64,000 nt of DNA from Takakia lepidozioides (Eukaryota; Plantae; Bryophyta). A program made the position numbers and the translations under genes. The DNA is taken from assembly GCA_030704615.1 (NCBI GenBank), contig CM060732.1, positions 70,060,001 through 70,124,000 on the forward strand, given 5' to 3'. A model generated the notes under the pieces. That model saw only the letters and a program-made list of their open reading frames with translations. It was not told where the DNA came from and did not search any database. Positions within the stretch are counted from its first letter, which is position 1. Each line of letters begins with the position of its first letter. Below, one piece after another: positions 23,846-37,495 of the stretch.

Positions 23846-25909
23846 CTCTTAGTCTCGCGGTTGCTGTAAGGAATTGGAGCACCAATTCCTGTATCACAAG
23901 GAGTATGAAGCACACTGGAAGTTGTGTATATCAGTTGGAAGATGACACGATGAAATAGAGGGGCAAGTGGGGAGGCTCATGTTCTTACCATTTAGAGGTT
24001 GATTAAATTCCCTGAGTGGTCTGTAATTATCGTTTAAAATAAATAAATAAATAATAATAAACCTAGGAGCGCAGCCCACAATTCAGGCCCTTGAGGAGGG
24101 GAAAATTAACCCCCTTTCATTTATGCGCCATGAGACCTACATAACGAACTATGCCCAGACATACTGTCATACACATATGGGGCAGGGAAGCTGGTTTGAA
24201 CCCCTGTCGAGCGGCTTTTACTCACCCATCTCTTCGCTATCCGAGGTGCAAACTCCAAGATAGAAGAGTTGGATATCTCTAAGCACTCAGCCCGCTCAGA
24301 ACAATCAGTCATGACCTACAACTAGTGAATCATGGTTGTGCTTCCTATTTGTATTCCTTCTTGCCTTCATGTTAGCAAATTACCTTACCGTGTATACTAA
24401 AGCATCAAATTGCTTCAGTATCTACCAGGTTTCATTCACTCATCCATTCATTCCACAGTTTCACTCATGTCTCTCTACCTCACGTGCATTCACAACAAAA
24501 TACGAAATAAGAAAGGGAAACACCTGGCTCACAAATTAGGCCCTGTGAGAGGAGAAATTGATTTTCAGCTATGATATATTCAGAGGTTATTTTTTCCTCT
24601 TCTATCTCTCGGACATTCATGTCTTTATTATAAAGCTTGAGGCCTCCGTCCCTCTTCTTTCTATATATATATATCAAGAGGGCCAGAAGATAATAGTAGT
24701 AGAGACGAAACACGGATCAGAAAGTTACTGGAATCTTTAATGGAGGGATGAGAGAATTGATTGAAAAGATGTCAATGGCGGCGTGACAGAGCATACATGC
24801 ATTCTTGCATGGCGGCGAAATCAAATCAGTTGAAAGCATTTCTCTTGGACCCTGCACTTGCATTATCTAGAACCGCCTCTATGCCATCCACACTTGCTCC
24901 GGATCTCACTCCGGGTATAACACCCTTACAATCACGACGCCCGGTTCTCTAGTCAGTTAGCAACCTCGATGGCCTTTGCCGGTTCCCTTCCATAGCCGGG
25001 TCCCTGCGGGCTGCACTTTCCGGTTATGCACATATGCATAACCGGCAAATAACCGCTGGGTATGAATGTCTAAATGCCATACGATGCCAACACTGGTCTG
25101 GACATTGTTGTTCAAAGGGGCAGACCCACCAAAGAAAAGTTTGTATTTGAAGTTAGGAGGAGGTTGCAACGGAGGCATGGTGCCAACACAAAGCTAGACG
25201 ACCAAGAAACTGACGCGAAGGAAGAGATATCTGGGACTCGAGAGGTTGTAGTGTTGGGTTTTTACCATCGCCACATTTGATCTTCTCTTCCCTCTCCATG
25301 AGCTGCTCGTAGATATCCGTAACTCACATTCAATGATCAATCTCAATGTTAGTACATGAAATCAACATAAACATGAAAAGCCGGCGGCCGCCCACATTTA
25401 CTGCATATGATCTACAAAATTCAAATCATCTGAACAGTGAACATTCAAAGAAAAATGGAAGAAACCAAGAATTATAGGCTTAAGTAATAAGGTGCCGGAA
25501 GTGAGCTTCACCATTCATTACATTGCAAGCAACTATAAATTTCCTTCAAAGTTCATATCTGCAAATATGTCATCCATGCTCCCATCACATCCCAGCAGCC
25601 AATGCGCCATTTGAATGCACGGAGACATATTGCAACTGGTAGGTAAATCTCTCTAGCTAGAAAGATTGCAAGAACGAAGGTGGTTAGAGGCGAACCCTGT
25701 GAACGGCCCGGATGTCATCTGGCGAGCAACCCTACATATGACAATTATGGTGGCGATAGGGAGGTGAAGAGGTGGATGTACGTTGTGCTTCTGGATTCTC
25801 ATTTTGGCGAATTTGGCCAATTTTCGTCATTTTGTTTTATTATTTGCGATTCGCACAGGCCTCTCACATGTTACCAAGTGGCGATAAATCGCCAAATAAA
25901 AAAACATTG

Positions 25910-26375
25910 ATATTCCACATCTCCCACACCGCAGGTCTAAAAATTATGAGACCAAGACCGGGCACCCCTCCTCGTCTGAGGCTCCTCGTCTGAGGGCTTT
26001 CAATGGTTCCAAGCACCACGGCTGGGGCCTTGCGGTTTGGGACATCTCAAAGTGACAAAACAAAACAAAAAAAAAAAAAAAAAAAACAAACAAACGTACG
26101 TCTCGCTTCATATATTGACTAGGGTAGCCTGTGCCGTTGGCGCAAGTGTTCAATGTCATGTAAGTCTCCTATGCCGAGGACCATGTGTAAAGAATTGGAA
26201 TCTAAGCCCAAGGCAATCTCCTATGTATCCAAGTGCTTCTCCTATGTCGAGGCCCATGTGTAAAGAATTGAAATCTAAGTTAAGCCCAAGTGCAATCTCC
26301 TATGTATCCAAGTGCTTCTCCCATGTAAAGGCCCTCTAGTGTCCAATGTCATGTAAGTCCAAGTATAATCTCCCA
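25910..26375 (-). mobile_element. Non-autonomous Helitron-like pieces joined tail-to-head
   Basis: Minus strand reads hairpin (cttgcgccaacggcacagg)-ctaccCTAG directly followed by TCAATATATGAAGCGAGAC; same family as 40.2-42.2 kb. Confidence 0.7.
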
Positions 26376-26581
26376 TGCATTCAGAGACCCTGCGGTTTGG
26401 AAGATCTCCGGACGTTGGCATGTGAATAGCAAAAAGAATACTACAGAATTCAGCTAAAGGAACAACAATAGTATGAAACACCTTACCGTAAATATGATTG
26501 TTGACATTGGTTGTGACAGCTCCAATCAATAGAGAACTCGCACCATCAGTTGCGCTCCAACAGCAGTACCGGTCCCCCGAG

Positions 26582-27113
26582 TAAATAAAATTCCGTTGTA
26601 AATAATAAATTGCATACGCTCGAACCTCACAAATGTCATTTCAACAAAACCGGCCGTGTATTGTGGCACTGTTTGTAACTGCGAATGTTTCAATGTTTCT
26701 GACAGGGTACTGAGAAAATGATATATTGGATCCATATGAGTTAGACAACAAACGTTCCATATCTCATTCAACTATGCGATACTACCATGAGTGACATGGA
26801 TAAAAAAGTAATAGGTGTACATGCGACCTCCGCACGTTTAAGTAGAGACCTAGTATCAAACATTCGGAGGTCGCATGTGCACCTATTACTTTCCGATCCA
26901 TGCCTCTCATGGTAATGTTGCACAGTTAAATGAGATGAGATGTTTGTTGTCTAACTCCTACGGAACTAATACATCGTTTTCTCATAACCCTATCCGAAAC
27001 CTTGGAACATTACAAATATAAACAGTGAGCCAGTACACAAACCATTTATGTTGCGATGACAGGTGCCAGGGTCGAGCATATGCAATGTAGTATTTACAAT
27101 GGGATTTTATTTA
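26582..27113. repeat. ~530-bp foldback (long imperfect inverted repeat)
   Basis: Arms of ~255 bp; agtaataggtgtacatgcgacctccg pairs with cggaggtcgcatgtgcacctattact, and the outer aaataaaattccgttgtaaata pairs with tatttacaatgggattttattt. Confidence 0.9.
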
Positions 27114-27189
27114 TTATATGCACGATCAAAATTGAGTTATGTCTTCATAAAAGAACCATTGTACCGCCAGAAATCTCATATCTACGAGA

Positions 27190-27880
27190 CTATGGTCTAC
27201 TCCGTCCTGTATACGTCTTCGGCTCATGCCAATTGAATGGCTTGCCCATGAACCGAAGTACTACATGGGCTAATGTGACTCTCTCATTCTTGTTGTTGTC
27301 GTACAACCTTTGTAGCATTGAATACCAACAACCTCCCGTAAATTGGTTCTGGAACATACTTTGATCATAATAAGCGCCGTCATTTATTCGTACCGTTATC
27401 TTCCCAACGGCAAAGGCCTCCGACGTCATGTCCTGGGGGGGGGGGGGGGCATTCGCATTGAAAACCGATGCAATGTCTTTTTACACCCACCATCTTTTCT
27501 TGAGTTCCCGGTCCAGTTTGTCTTGGTTTTCAAACTGGTACGGCGAGGCTTTGCGTATGCCCAATGGGGTGGCTAAGCCCCAATCACACACCCCAATCTT
27601 GATCTCCTCGGTGCCATCTGGAAAATGCAACAAGATGTTGTCGGGAGACAAGTCGCTGTGTAGGACACCGTTCTTGTGGACATCATCCATGATGCACACC
27701 AGTGCCCATGCAAGTTTACTGGGCACTTTCCGGAAACGAAGCAAGCGATCGCATTCCTGGAACTCTACTTCTGTTCCCCTTTGTTCCAAAATCACCCTGT
27801 TGTCCGAATCTTTGCCCCATTTTCTGTCAAGGTTCATCATGTCGCGTATTGTCCCCCCATTTCACCAGCGAGAAAAAAAA
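27190..27880 (-). pseudogene. Atypical protein kinase C-lobe fragment, 5'-truncated by the adjacent hAT element
   Basis: VHKNGVLHSDLSPDNILLHF (catalytic loop) and IGVCDWGLA (DFG equivalent); intronless; in-frame stops. Confidence 0.8.
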
Positions 27881-27882
27881 CC

Positions 27883-29790
27883 ACTATTGATAACCGTAAT
27901 ATAGGACCCGGTAGTCTTCCACTTGGATAACCGGCATATTGATAACCGAGACACTTTTTGTGGGGACCCTTCTATTGATAACCTGTAACCGACTTAATTT
28001 TTGAACCACTATATTATATATAACCGCCTCCATACCACTTTAAATGAATATGCCTTACCCGGATCCTTCAATATGCCCAAAATGTGATACCCGGCCAACA
28101 CTAGTCCAGACCTCCTCGGAAGGCACTATAGTGTCAGTCCCACCTGAGCCAGTCACAGCAGCCCCTGTCCAGGTCTCAGAGGTAGATAAACGATTAAAGA
28201 GAAAGGAATATGAGAGACATAGAGTTTTTCAGTACCTTTGGAGTGCAAAACTTCCTTGGGCAGAATATGTCAAGGGTAAGGATGGTCAAATTCAGCAGGT
28301 TCGGTGCAAGGTATGCACTGCCATTGATGGCAATGAAAGATTATTGGCTTTAAAGTTGGATTCTTTGGACAAACATTGTGGTAGGAAGAAGGCCAAGGCA
28401 GGGAACCCAGATATGGAGGAAAGAACCATATATTACAATCTTGAGTCCTTACACCAGAAGAATGAGAAATTGTATGCTGCAAGTCTTCATGCTAATGTAG
28501 CAACACAGTTAGCCATGGGAGAGGTAGTTTACAAGAAGAAAAAGAGGATTTAGTTTGCCATTATTTTTTGGTTGCTTCGAGAGGGTCGTCCTATGACAGA
28601 GTATGAGTCGGTGAAGGATATGCTTGGATTCTTGAAGCTCAAGAATCTTCCAAGGAAGCACTGGTCAGACAATTTGGGCTGGGACATTGCCGAGTGCATG
28701 CACGATGTGGTGCGCCAATGCACTAAAGAGGCCTTCCAAGCCTCTCCTTTTGTTGTTGTTAGTGCAGATGAAGCTAGCACGAAGGAAAATGAGACATGGC
28801 TCTGCATACATGGGTATGTGGTGTCCGAGCAATGGCGTCGAGTCCCTGTACTGCTGAGCTTGGAGAGAGTGACTGTGGAGGCAACTGCAGACAACCTATA
28901 TGCAGCTATGCTCAATGCTATTAAGAGCCATGGAGGCCTAACTGACATGCAAATCGCCGAAAGGTTCATGTCGATTGGAGCTGACGGGGGTTCTGTATTT
29001 GCAGGTTGCCGCACTGGGATTAACCAACAGTTGAAGGAGAAAGTGGGGCCTTTCTTGGTACCTGTGCACTGTGCTGCACATCGTTGCAACTTGGCCATTC
29101 AGAGCCTTTCGAATCTTTCCATAGTGCACTGATTGGAGGATCTTTTGCAATATTTGAATCTGTATTTTACTCACAGCCCCAAGCGTGTACAGGAGCTGAA
29201 GAACTTCACAGCTCTGCTAGAGACGAAAGATAACAAAATCCTCAGAAACGTCAAAACTCGTTGGATCTCAATGTTGTCGCCAGCCAAGAGGGTTATGGCT
29301 AAGTTCAAGCCTCTTGTTTGCAAGATGTGGGAGGATTTGGCAGAGAATCCAACTACTAGGAATAACTTTGAGAAGTTGTTAGATCTAGAGTTGTTGTTGG
29401 GTATGTATTGTTTGGTGCCCCTTCTTGAGCTTGCTCACTTGGTCATCAAGCTTGCACAGAGCCGAGATATATATGTTTGTGACTTTGTAGATGAGATCCG
29501 CCTTTGCCACACCAAGTTGCATGAGTTCTACCTGTCTACACAAGAGAATTTCAAAAGATCAGGCTTTTGCAACATACCGCAATCTTGTGGTAGGCCGTTA
29601 TGAGGCTTTGCCAATCATTTTCCAGTGGTGTGATGTTGTAAATGCCGAGGCTTATGCTATTGTATTCAATGGTAGATTTGCCTGGATACAATGGATGAAC
29701 CCTTTGACTGGAGTGCTTGAGCCTGTGTCACATGAGACCTTCACGACAGTCAGACTGTTAGTTGAGCGTCAGTGCTCGAAGGCATCAAAT
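27883..29790 (+). mobile_element. hAT element of ZNF862/C17orf113-like type with transposase pseudogene (28044-29790), 3'-truncated
   Basis: TTGATAACCG subterminal repeats at 27887-28025; WSAKLPWAE, C..C, SADEAST, IGADGGSVFAG, VHCAAHRCNLA, ILRNVKTRWISM; in-frame stops at 28551 and 29130. Confidence 0.9.
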
Positions 29791-30485
29791 ACAACTTAGA
29801 AACAACTCATGGCATAGATAAAGACATAACATTTTCATATGGTAGTAAGGTCATTACCTTGATAACAAAAGTAATAGCAAATCACTATTACATAAATGAT
29901 AAAGTTTCTTTAACGTCCAGTGAATTTATAGAGCCTATTGCTCAACACACAGCCCATCGAGGGGCCAATCGACAGTTTGAAGGCACAATTTGAAGCATTG
30001 CACCCATGTTATGCATAGGCAATGCACAAATACCCCACCATTGGGCTACCTGCTCGAGGGCTTTATAGAAAGAACTCCATGAAGCTTTAGGAATTTGGTA
30101 GACCATAAGGTCGTGTTGATGAATTTTCTATGCGGAGGGTAATAGTAGAGTTGGGATATGGCAAGACCGCCTCCTAAATAAGCACGTACTAGACCTGAGC
30201 TACATAATATCCCAAAGGTACAAGAGCCCCATTCCAAATAGAGAAGACGCCGGCCATAGCCGGCATAACTAAGAGCCACTTCACCTTGCGGCTATTGCCC
30301 CTTTCGGGGGTGGAGTTACCCCATGCCACATTGAGTGTTGAGGGAAGCCAGTAATGAAACCCAAGTCCGCTTTTTCTTTTGGTGCGCATCGAAAAATCTA
30401 CTATGACGATCAATCTACCATAGTTGATCATTCTATATTTATGAAACCATTGTTATTTTTAATTAATCATAAAAAAATAGTTCTC

Positions 30486-33400
30486 TCAATTAAGATTGTG
30501 TTCTCTCATTTCAATCTCTTGCTTCACTCTTTGGTTTACTTTTGGAGTACGCAACCACCGCAACCAACTCAATCCACCCATCGTTCTTTGAGCTTGCTGA
30601 AAACTACACTCATTTTCTTTCCATCCCATCCGGTTATTCTCATTATCGTAAATGATCACATAACCTCGCAATGATACAGCTATAACATTTACAAAAAAAA
30701 ACCCTCCATTAATATCTAACTTAATGTCAAGTAGATATGAATATATATAACACATGCCTATCTGTATATGATAATGTATCCAAGCTACAACTATGTAACT
30801 TAGAACTTACTAATATTAATTTCAATTATGGTGAGTACAATATGGATATTATTCTGCTATGAGATTACAATCTAATCAAAACATTAGTTAAAATCAAAAT
30901 TCATAGAATGAAGACATTACCACCAATTGTGCCCGCTTCAATATCGTCGTCTTTTAATATATTTAAACATCTTTTTTTCCCATCAGTCTAAAAATGCATC
31001 CCACCCCAATCAATTACATTCATCATGTCATAACAAATATGGAATCTTATGTTATATTACATGTTTTATTTTGTTCTTAAGGGAGGGTTGCAATATCATA
31101 TATTATTTCATGAAGCACGAAAATAAAATTCCTCGTATTCTAAAAAATTTGGTGCACAAAACCCATCTTTACTAAGTCATCGGCAATTCATGTTAGACTT
31201 ACATGGAGTGAGGTCATGTTACCTATAACATGTTACCCATGTCACCCATATATAGGTTACCCACATATATTATTGAGGTCATGTTATATTTTTACGTTAT
31301 AATTCTAAGTTTCACTTTAATTTTTCAAAGTATAACCGTTATGTGTTATTCTTCAAGTGTGGTTAAACATCCACTTGTACAGTGTTGATAAAACAACGGA
31401 AATCAATCATCTCTATTATATACATACATAATACGAAAGGGAAAAGCGCCAATTTGATCAAATTAAGAGCGAGGGAGAATTAACCTCGAAGCCCATATGG
31501 AAAACAAAGTGAGGCCACTTCAGAGCGGCCACTATATAATAGTTTCAAATCAATAACAGTTCGTTGAATCTCTTTTTAAGAAAAATCTCATGGTATAGTG
31601 GTAACATATTCTAATAACTTTTTTCTCTCATTACGAAGGCTAGTTTAACACAGAGCCACAATAGCCTTTTGTGTCTAGTCCACTCGGCAGATATATCTCT
31701 CATTGTTGAAAAGACCCAAAAAAATTATATGATGTGGAGTTTGCATTGTTTAGTCACTCAATAAAAGAAGTTCATTAACCATCATCAATGCTATATTCAG
31801 ATCGACAATGCAAACTTGGTTATCATTACAACTACATAATCATGATGGTAACAACGGTTTAGGCCTTACAGTTACACCAACATAGTTTGAAGATTTGACC
31901 ACAAAAGCTGCAGGTTTTCCATTGTCATTTTCGCGATCTCTTTTTATTCCTCGAAAAAAGAACGTCAATGGTTCTGGTTCTGGGGGCTCCGTTCTGTTGG
32001 AACTCAGTTATATAAATGATCTCGTGAGAGTATCATATAATCATTTCAAATATTTTTCTTTCGAAAACTCGCCAACAATTAATCGATCCACAAGTGTTTT
32101 TCATTTATCCCTTCATTTTTTGTCTAGCTTCAATGGCAATACTAACTCAAAGGACAGAATGCAAAAATTGAACAGAAGCCTTCTCAACAAGAAAAATCCT
32201 TGGACAAGACAATTGATTTAGTTTTTTAGTTATCATACCGTTTGCGAGAAGCACTCCAACACAAACGTCGTTCAGATTTGTCACTATCTAGATCTTTTCT
32301 TTCTTTTAGCCCATGGTTGCTGATATAGTTTTTAATCTGCTCACACAGTCATCCAACTTGTCAAATTGTTGAAATAATGTATAGTTTATGAAAATACATC
32401 AGATATTAATATGGTACTATGTTTGTAAATAATACAAAAATGAAACAGCGAGGATACTAGGAATAATGTAAGAACTTAATGCACAAGTGCGAACTCTGAC
32501 AACATGGTTGTCTAATCTTCCACACCCTGGAGAGAGTGACGCAGATTGGGGTTACACTTCATCTGGAGTGACACTGGGCGGTGTAACTCCCACCTGGTGT
32601 CATGTGATTTGACTTAGTCGAAATTTGACTAAGTATAGGGTGACACAAACCTCCAGAAAGAATCAAACCCTACACTTCATGGTTACCGTCACCTTACCAG
32701 AAGACTACTTGTCACTGCCCAGCAGCCCTCTGCAATCTAAAATATTATGATAGTGAGTCTGAGATAAGAGGGGTGGAGAGGATTTGATCCCCCTCCCCCC
32801 CACCCTCCCCCCAACCCAACTCCCCGGAGGAGTGGAGGCTGCCTGAATACAGTGAAAGTACCGTCAGATCGTACTTGTGCATTAAGCTCTTACATGATTC
32901 CTATTGTTTCCCCCCTAAGTACCATAAAAAACATTAAAATAAAATTTAAACAAGGAATTATATGCAAAGACAATTAGGGGAAAAATAACTGTAAAAATAC
33001 AGTTATGGTTTGGTTATAATTCAGTCATACAGCAATAGAATTACCATTGCAGATAGTGGGTCCAATGCCTGGGAAGACAAATATGATATATCACTACCAC
33101 TGTCAAATGCGACAGGTATCCCACCCATTGGTGACCCACTTAGATCCACAACAATGGAATTTCCATAAGAAATCGATGCCAATATTACATCATAATTTGA
33201 GCTACCACCATCATCCGAAGTAGGAGTACTTTCATCCGAGTTGGTGCTATCATCTGAGCTCGTACTTACATCCGTGTTTGTATCACAATATTATATTCAT
33301 GGTATTCCAAACACCATTGTCACATAAATTGACATCTCATGATTAGCTACATGATATTATGTTACTAGCAATTACTACCAAATATGCTATTGCTAGTTAA

Positions 33401-35771
33401 GATTTTGTATTCCGAATAATTTAGTGAATATTTATTATTTTAGTTTTTTTTTAACGTAATAAGCCTATAGGCCCAGATGTTGCTTTCAGTTTTTTTTTTC
33501 ACTTTCACTTATTGATCATGTACTTATTTTTTTTATTTTTTATTTATTGATCATGTACTAGTTCTAAAAATTGGCAATCTACGTGTAATTTTAAACAAAG
33601 TAGATAGTACATGAGCAAGACTAAATTAGTTGATTCTGTAATAATGCGCTCTAGAATACTCCCCACCTAAACTCTCAATTCATGTAACTCACACAAAGAA
33701 GAACAAAAGACTAACAATGTAGATAGATACAAACCAGATGGTAAACAAAAATGGTTTTTGACCCAGAGAGAATGGGTATTTCATAAGTATTTATATTTAA
33801 CTTTAGTATTGCAATTCAAATATAAATGTTTTAAGAATACACACATCATAATCATATATGAATTGTAAGATTACCTTGGTTGACTATTTTGGAATGGAAT
33901 ATGCATCCTAGCCCATGTCACACCACTTCTTGGAATACCATCTTCTCCAAAGAAAAGATAGCCTGTTGATCCGTCTTCCTCTTCTTTGGTCCCCATGCAA
34001 TGCCCAATTACATTTTCTCTAATAATATGTTTTGTTTGCATTTGAGCTTGCAATGTCCCTTTGCCTTTGTTCAGCCCTAACATTCCATCCGATTTAAGGG
34101 TTGTTGGTCCACCATCTTTCTTTTCTTCTCTTAGTAGTTCTATGTTAGATCCACTTTGCTTAAACCCACACCTGCCCATATTGCTATGCTCGTCAAAAAA
34201 ATTGCTGGCTAGAATTGATCGAAGTGGTAGTTGTGAATCAAAGAATTGCTTATAATCATGGGTCACCACACACATCGACATTAACACACATTAATCAATA
34301 TTATATTTCCACATATAAGATACATATATTCATGAACCAAAAAATATGTTTGAAGGAAGTTAATTATAAGAAGCTTGGTACCTTAAATCGTCCATCAATG
34401 AACTTTCTTTATATGTATACATGGAGTGAATAGGAATGGTATCCACATAAGTTTATATTATGTGTGTGAAAAATTTAACCTCATTCAATTTTCAAACCAC
34501 AAGGTGTCACATGTAGATCAAGAAAAATAGAAGGAAAAAAACAGAATGTACAATTTGAAATAATAAAAAAAAAAAAAAAAATGCAGACCCAAATGCTAAC
34601 TTCGTCTCAATATTCGATGAATCGCTCAGCTCCAAAATTACCGAATCATTCATTAAAATACCCTTGGTCTTCATGTCATCACCATAGTTAATGTGATAAT
34701 AACATCGATAAGAATGTTCTCTATCACATGGTTCGTCTTGATCTTGGATTGCGCTACATATATGCTTTCGACAATGAACCATGTTATCATCTTTTGCCTT
34801 ATATAGCCCATTTGGTCCCTACATTATTGCACAAAATATGTAAATCTATAACATTTGAGGATACCCAATGCCTCATCACTAATATATTTATATTTCAAAA
34901 TATATTCTTGATCAAGTGTCTTTGAAAAAAAATTGTACAAAATTCTGAAACGCATAGTGCTAGTTTCCGCCAGAGTCCCTCTTCCCCCTCCGTGAATGTG
35001 GGGAATGTTATCTCTCTTTAAAAGTAGCAATAAAATTCAAAATGAGATTTCAAGAAGATGAAGAAGATATATTAACATTTAGAAATTGTGGAAAAACTAA
35101 TAAACTTTATTTGAACTTTGAAGATATCCCTTCCTTTTAAATAGTTATTTTTAAAAATATCCAACAAATCATAACTTGCCTGTTCAGGACGATAGTCTTT
35201 CCACTTGCAATTGATCCAAGTAACGTCGCTGCCAGTGTCAATATCCAATTGATATGGTCTCGGGTGTGTTGAACCCATTGTCAATTTGATGAAGTAGCCT
35301 GAGCTGCATGTTTCCCACACATCTTCAATCTTCTCATTGTTCAAGTGTATTATGCATCATTTTTAATCTTATTTTTTACATTTCAATGAAGATGTTTGTT
35401 GCCAACGAATATAGAGTTGAATGAAGTTGGTTTATGGGTATAGATGACATATATTACATATCTTCTTCAGTTGACTCTTGATGTCCACCATGAAGTCGCC
35501 ATGAAGGATGAGGTCGCAAAGCTTTCATCACACTTGTGGGTTGCATTATGTTTGGTACTTGCCTGTTGAATGGATGTTTGTATCTAGGATATAGTGGGAA
35601 CAAAATTGTCGCTCGCCGTTGGTATAGAGTAGGATCATAGAAAAACATGGGAGTCCCCTTGAGCCACAATAATACTGCAACCGAAAAAACTAGAAACACA
35701 CCAGGTAGTTTGGATCGCACCCTTGGCCGATGTACGTTAAGGTTCTCTTGTTCTTCAGACGGTAAAGGCAA
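30486..35771 (-). CDS. Plant A1 aspartic protease (nucellin/APCB1-like), multi-exon, possibly pseudogenising
   Basis: Exons: TM-containing N-terminus (35454-35771), LDIDTGSDVTWINC (~35180-35303), CYYHINYGD..LAFG, CG..DGMLGL..VIGHC..GYLFFG, VAFDSGSDISYL (~33045-33280), LCW (~32240-32336), SLRGYVIIYDNENNRMGW; the exon near 31.5 kb is degenerate and no clear ATG was found. Confidence 0.85.
32460..32901. mobile_element. MITE in an aspartic protease intron
   Basis: ~40-bp TIRs ggaataatgtaagaacttaatgcacaagtgcga and tcgtacttgtgcattaagctcttacatgattcc, flanked by TA. Confidence 0.8.
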
Positions 35772-37369
35772 ATCTTGTGGCTAGTGATCATTAATTTCCA
35801 ATTTTCGTCAGATTAACGTTAACACTCACATGAATAGCAAGTTCGGGTATGTCGACAAATATCTTGGGTTGTATAGATTGGTTATTTTGTTTGACTGTTT
35901 ATTAAATATTTGATTCATGCCAATCTCAAGGTTGTGACCAAGTCATTTTTCAAGCTTTATCTTGAGTGTGTTGTTGGATGCAAAAAACCGCCCATAGGCT
36001 CCATTTTTAATCAAACAATGATGGACTAATTTTTTATGAATATATTGTTAATTTTTTGAGTAAAACTACAAGAGTTGAGTACTATGTTGGAAAAATCTAA
36101 TGACATTCAATGCACTGAGAAATAATTTATAGTTTTATGTTTGAGCAAATCAAGTACAAGCTTCATCGCACCTGATTTGGAAATGAGGGTCCATCGGCTC
36201 GACGTCTTTGAACTGGAGTTGATACTTGACGTGTTGTGAGTCGCTTCATCACAACAACAAAATCCAACTTAATGTTGAAAGATGACTTTGACAACACTTG
36301 TGGATGGATCTCGAGTACATATTTATGAATATCCCTTGATGTCTTCCCAATTCAAACATGAACTATGTGTCTTTGATGGGCTTGTAACAACCATAAGTTA
36401 TAGTTTGATTGATTTAAATCACTCTGTTGGAATGTTGTCTCATAATCCGTAAAATATGTTGGCTCAAATCTCGACAAATCTGGAGGCCCAAATGGATCAA
36501 AACCTTGCGCCTGTTAGCTCAACTTTGCATGCAAACCAAAATACAACAACACTTGTTAGTTTCATGTCACTTCACCATCATATCTGTTGAAGGATTGGGT
36601 TCTTCATACGGTGTACACTATGGTAGTATTGTGCTCTTTCTGGAGTATCTCTTCTATGTCGAGAGCTTGTGATTGAATAATGATGCTTTGCTGCTTGCTT
36701 GTGGTGCTATTAAGCCGAGGTATTCTGGGGATCCTAGTTTCTAGATAGTTATGGAATACCAAACATGGTTTATAATGCATTTTGCACATGAGATTATCCT
36801 TAGAGTTAGACATTTAGTATCTTGATCAAGAATGTATATAGTCACCTGATATATATTAGTTAGAAACCCCACTATTGTGAAGCACCATATTTGTAAGGTT
36901 GTTATGAATGTGTTTAAAGTTCATCAATAAGTATTTTGGATCACTACCGGTACATCTCCAACCTCAACAAGGTACAAAGAATTGGTTCCCTTCTGCGCGG
37001 TTGGTGTTACCTTTTTTTTTCTGGTGTGGTAGACACCGTGGTGTGACTACCTCGTCATCACCACCAATGAGACACACCTCATGGATAATGCCGCATGCCT
37101 CCGATTCAAAACCTCGAATACAAACAAAGTAGATCAACCTCCAATCAACGTCTCGAAAAACATACATATAAATTTCAATACAATCAAGATATAAGAATGC
37201 ACTCATAAGACGTTGTTTGCTGTTACCCTTATGGCCATTGACCCCGCGCTCAGTTTGAGCGGAACACAAAGGGCCAGAACCAACCTTTGTCAGGGGCTGA
37301 CGCCGGTAGTAAGACTTACCTAGATACAAACAATTGATTCGGGTTTTCTAGATATCCCCTAGAAAACAG

Positions 37370-37495
37370 ACTTCATGGCCTCTTGCCATCGTTCATCTGT
37401 GGTTGTTTCCCTATAAGATTGGGGCTCCTTAGGCAAGTCGATAGAACTTACAATGTAATCATTTAGCTTGATTGGAAATTTGGTGATTCTGCCTC
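37370..37495 (-). pseudogene. Ty1/copia integrase-RT linker fragment
   Basis: KFPIKLNDYIV...EPQSYRETTTDERWQEAMK. Confidence 0.7.

Noticed and set aside
24170-24260. Second SINE head (GGTTCAAACC on the minus strand)
   Set aside because: No clear A-box, tail or TSD.
24957-25178. RNase H-like start (YKLFFGGS..GIV)
   Set aside because: The catalytic Asp is missing and the downstream motifs are not recognisable.
29790-30420. Possible retroelement coding remnant
   Set aside because: No diagnostic motif could be read in any frame.
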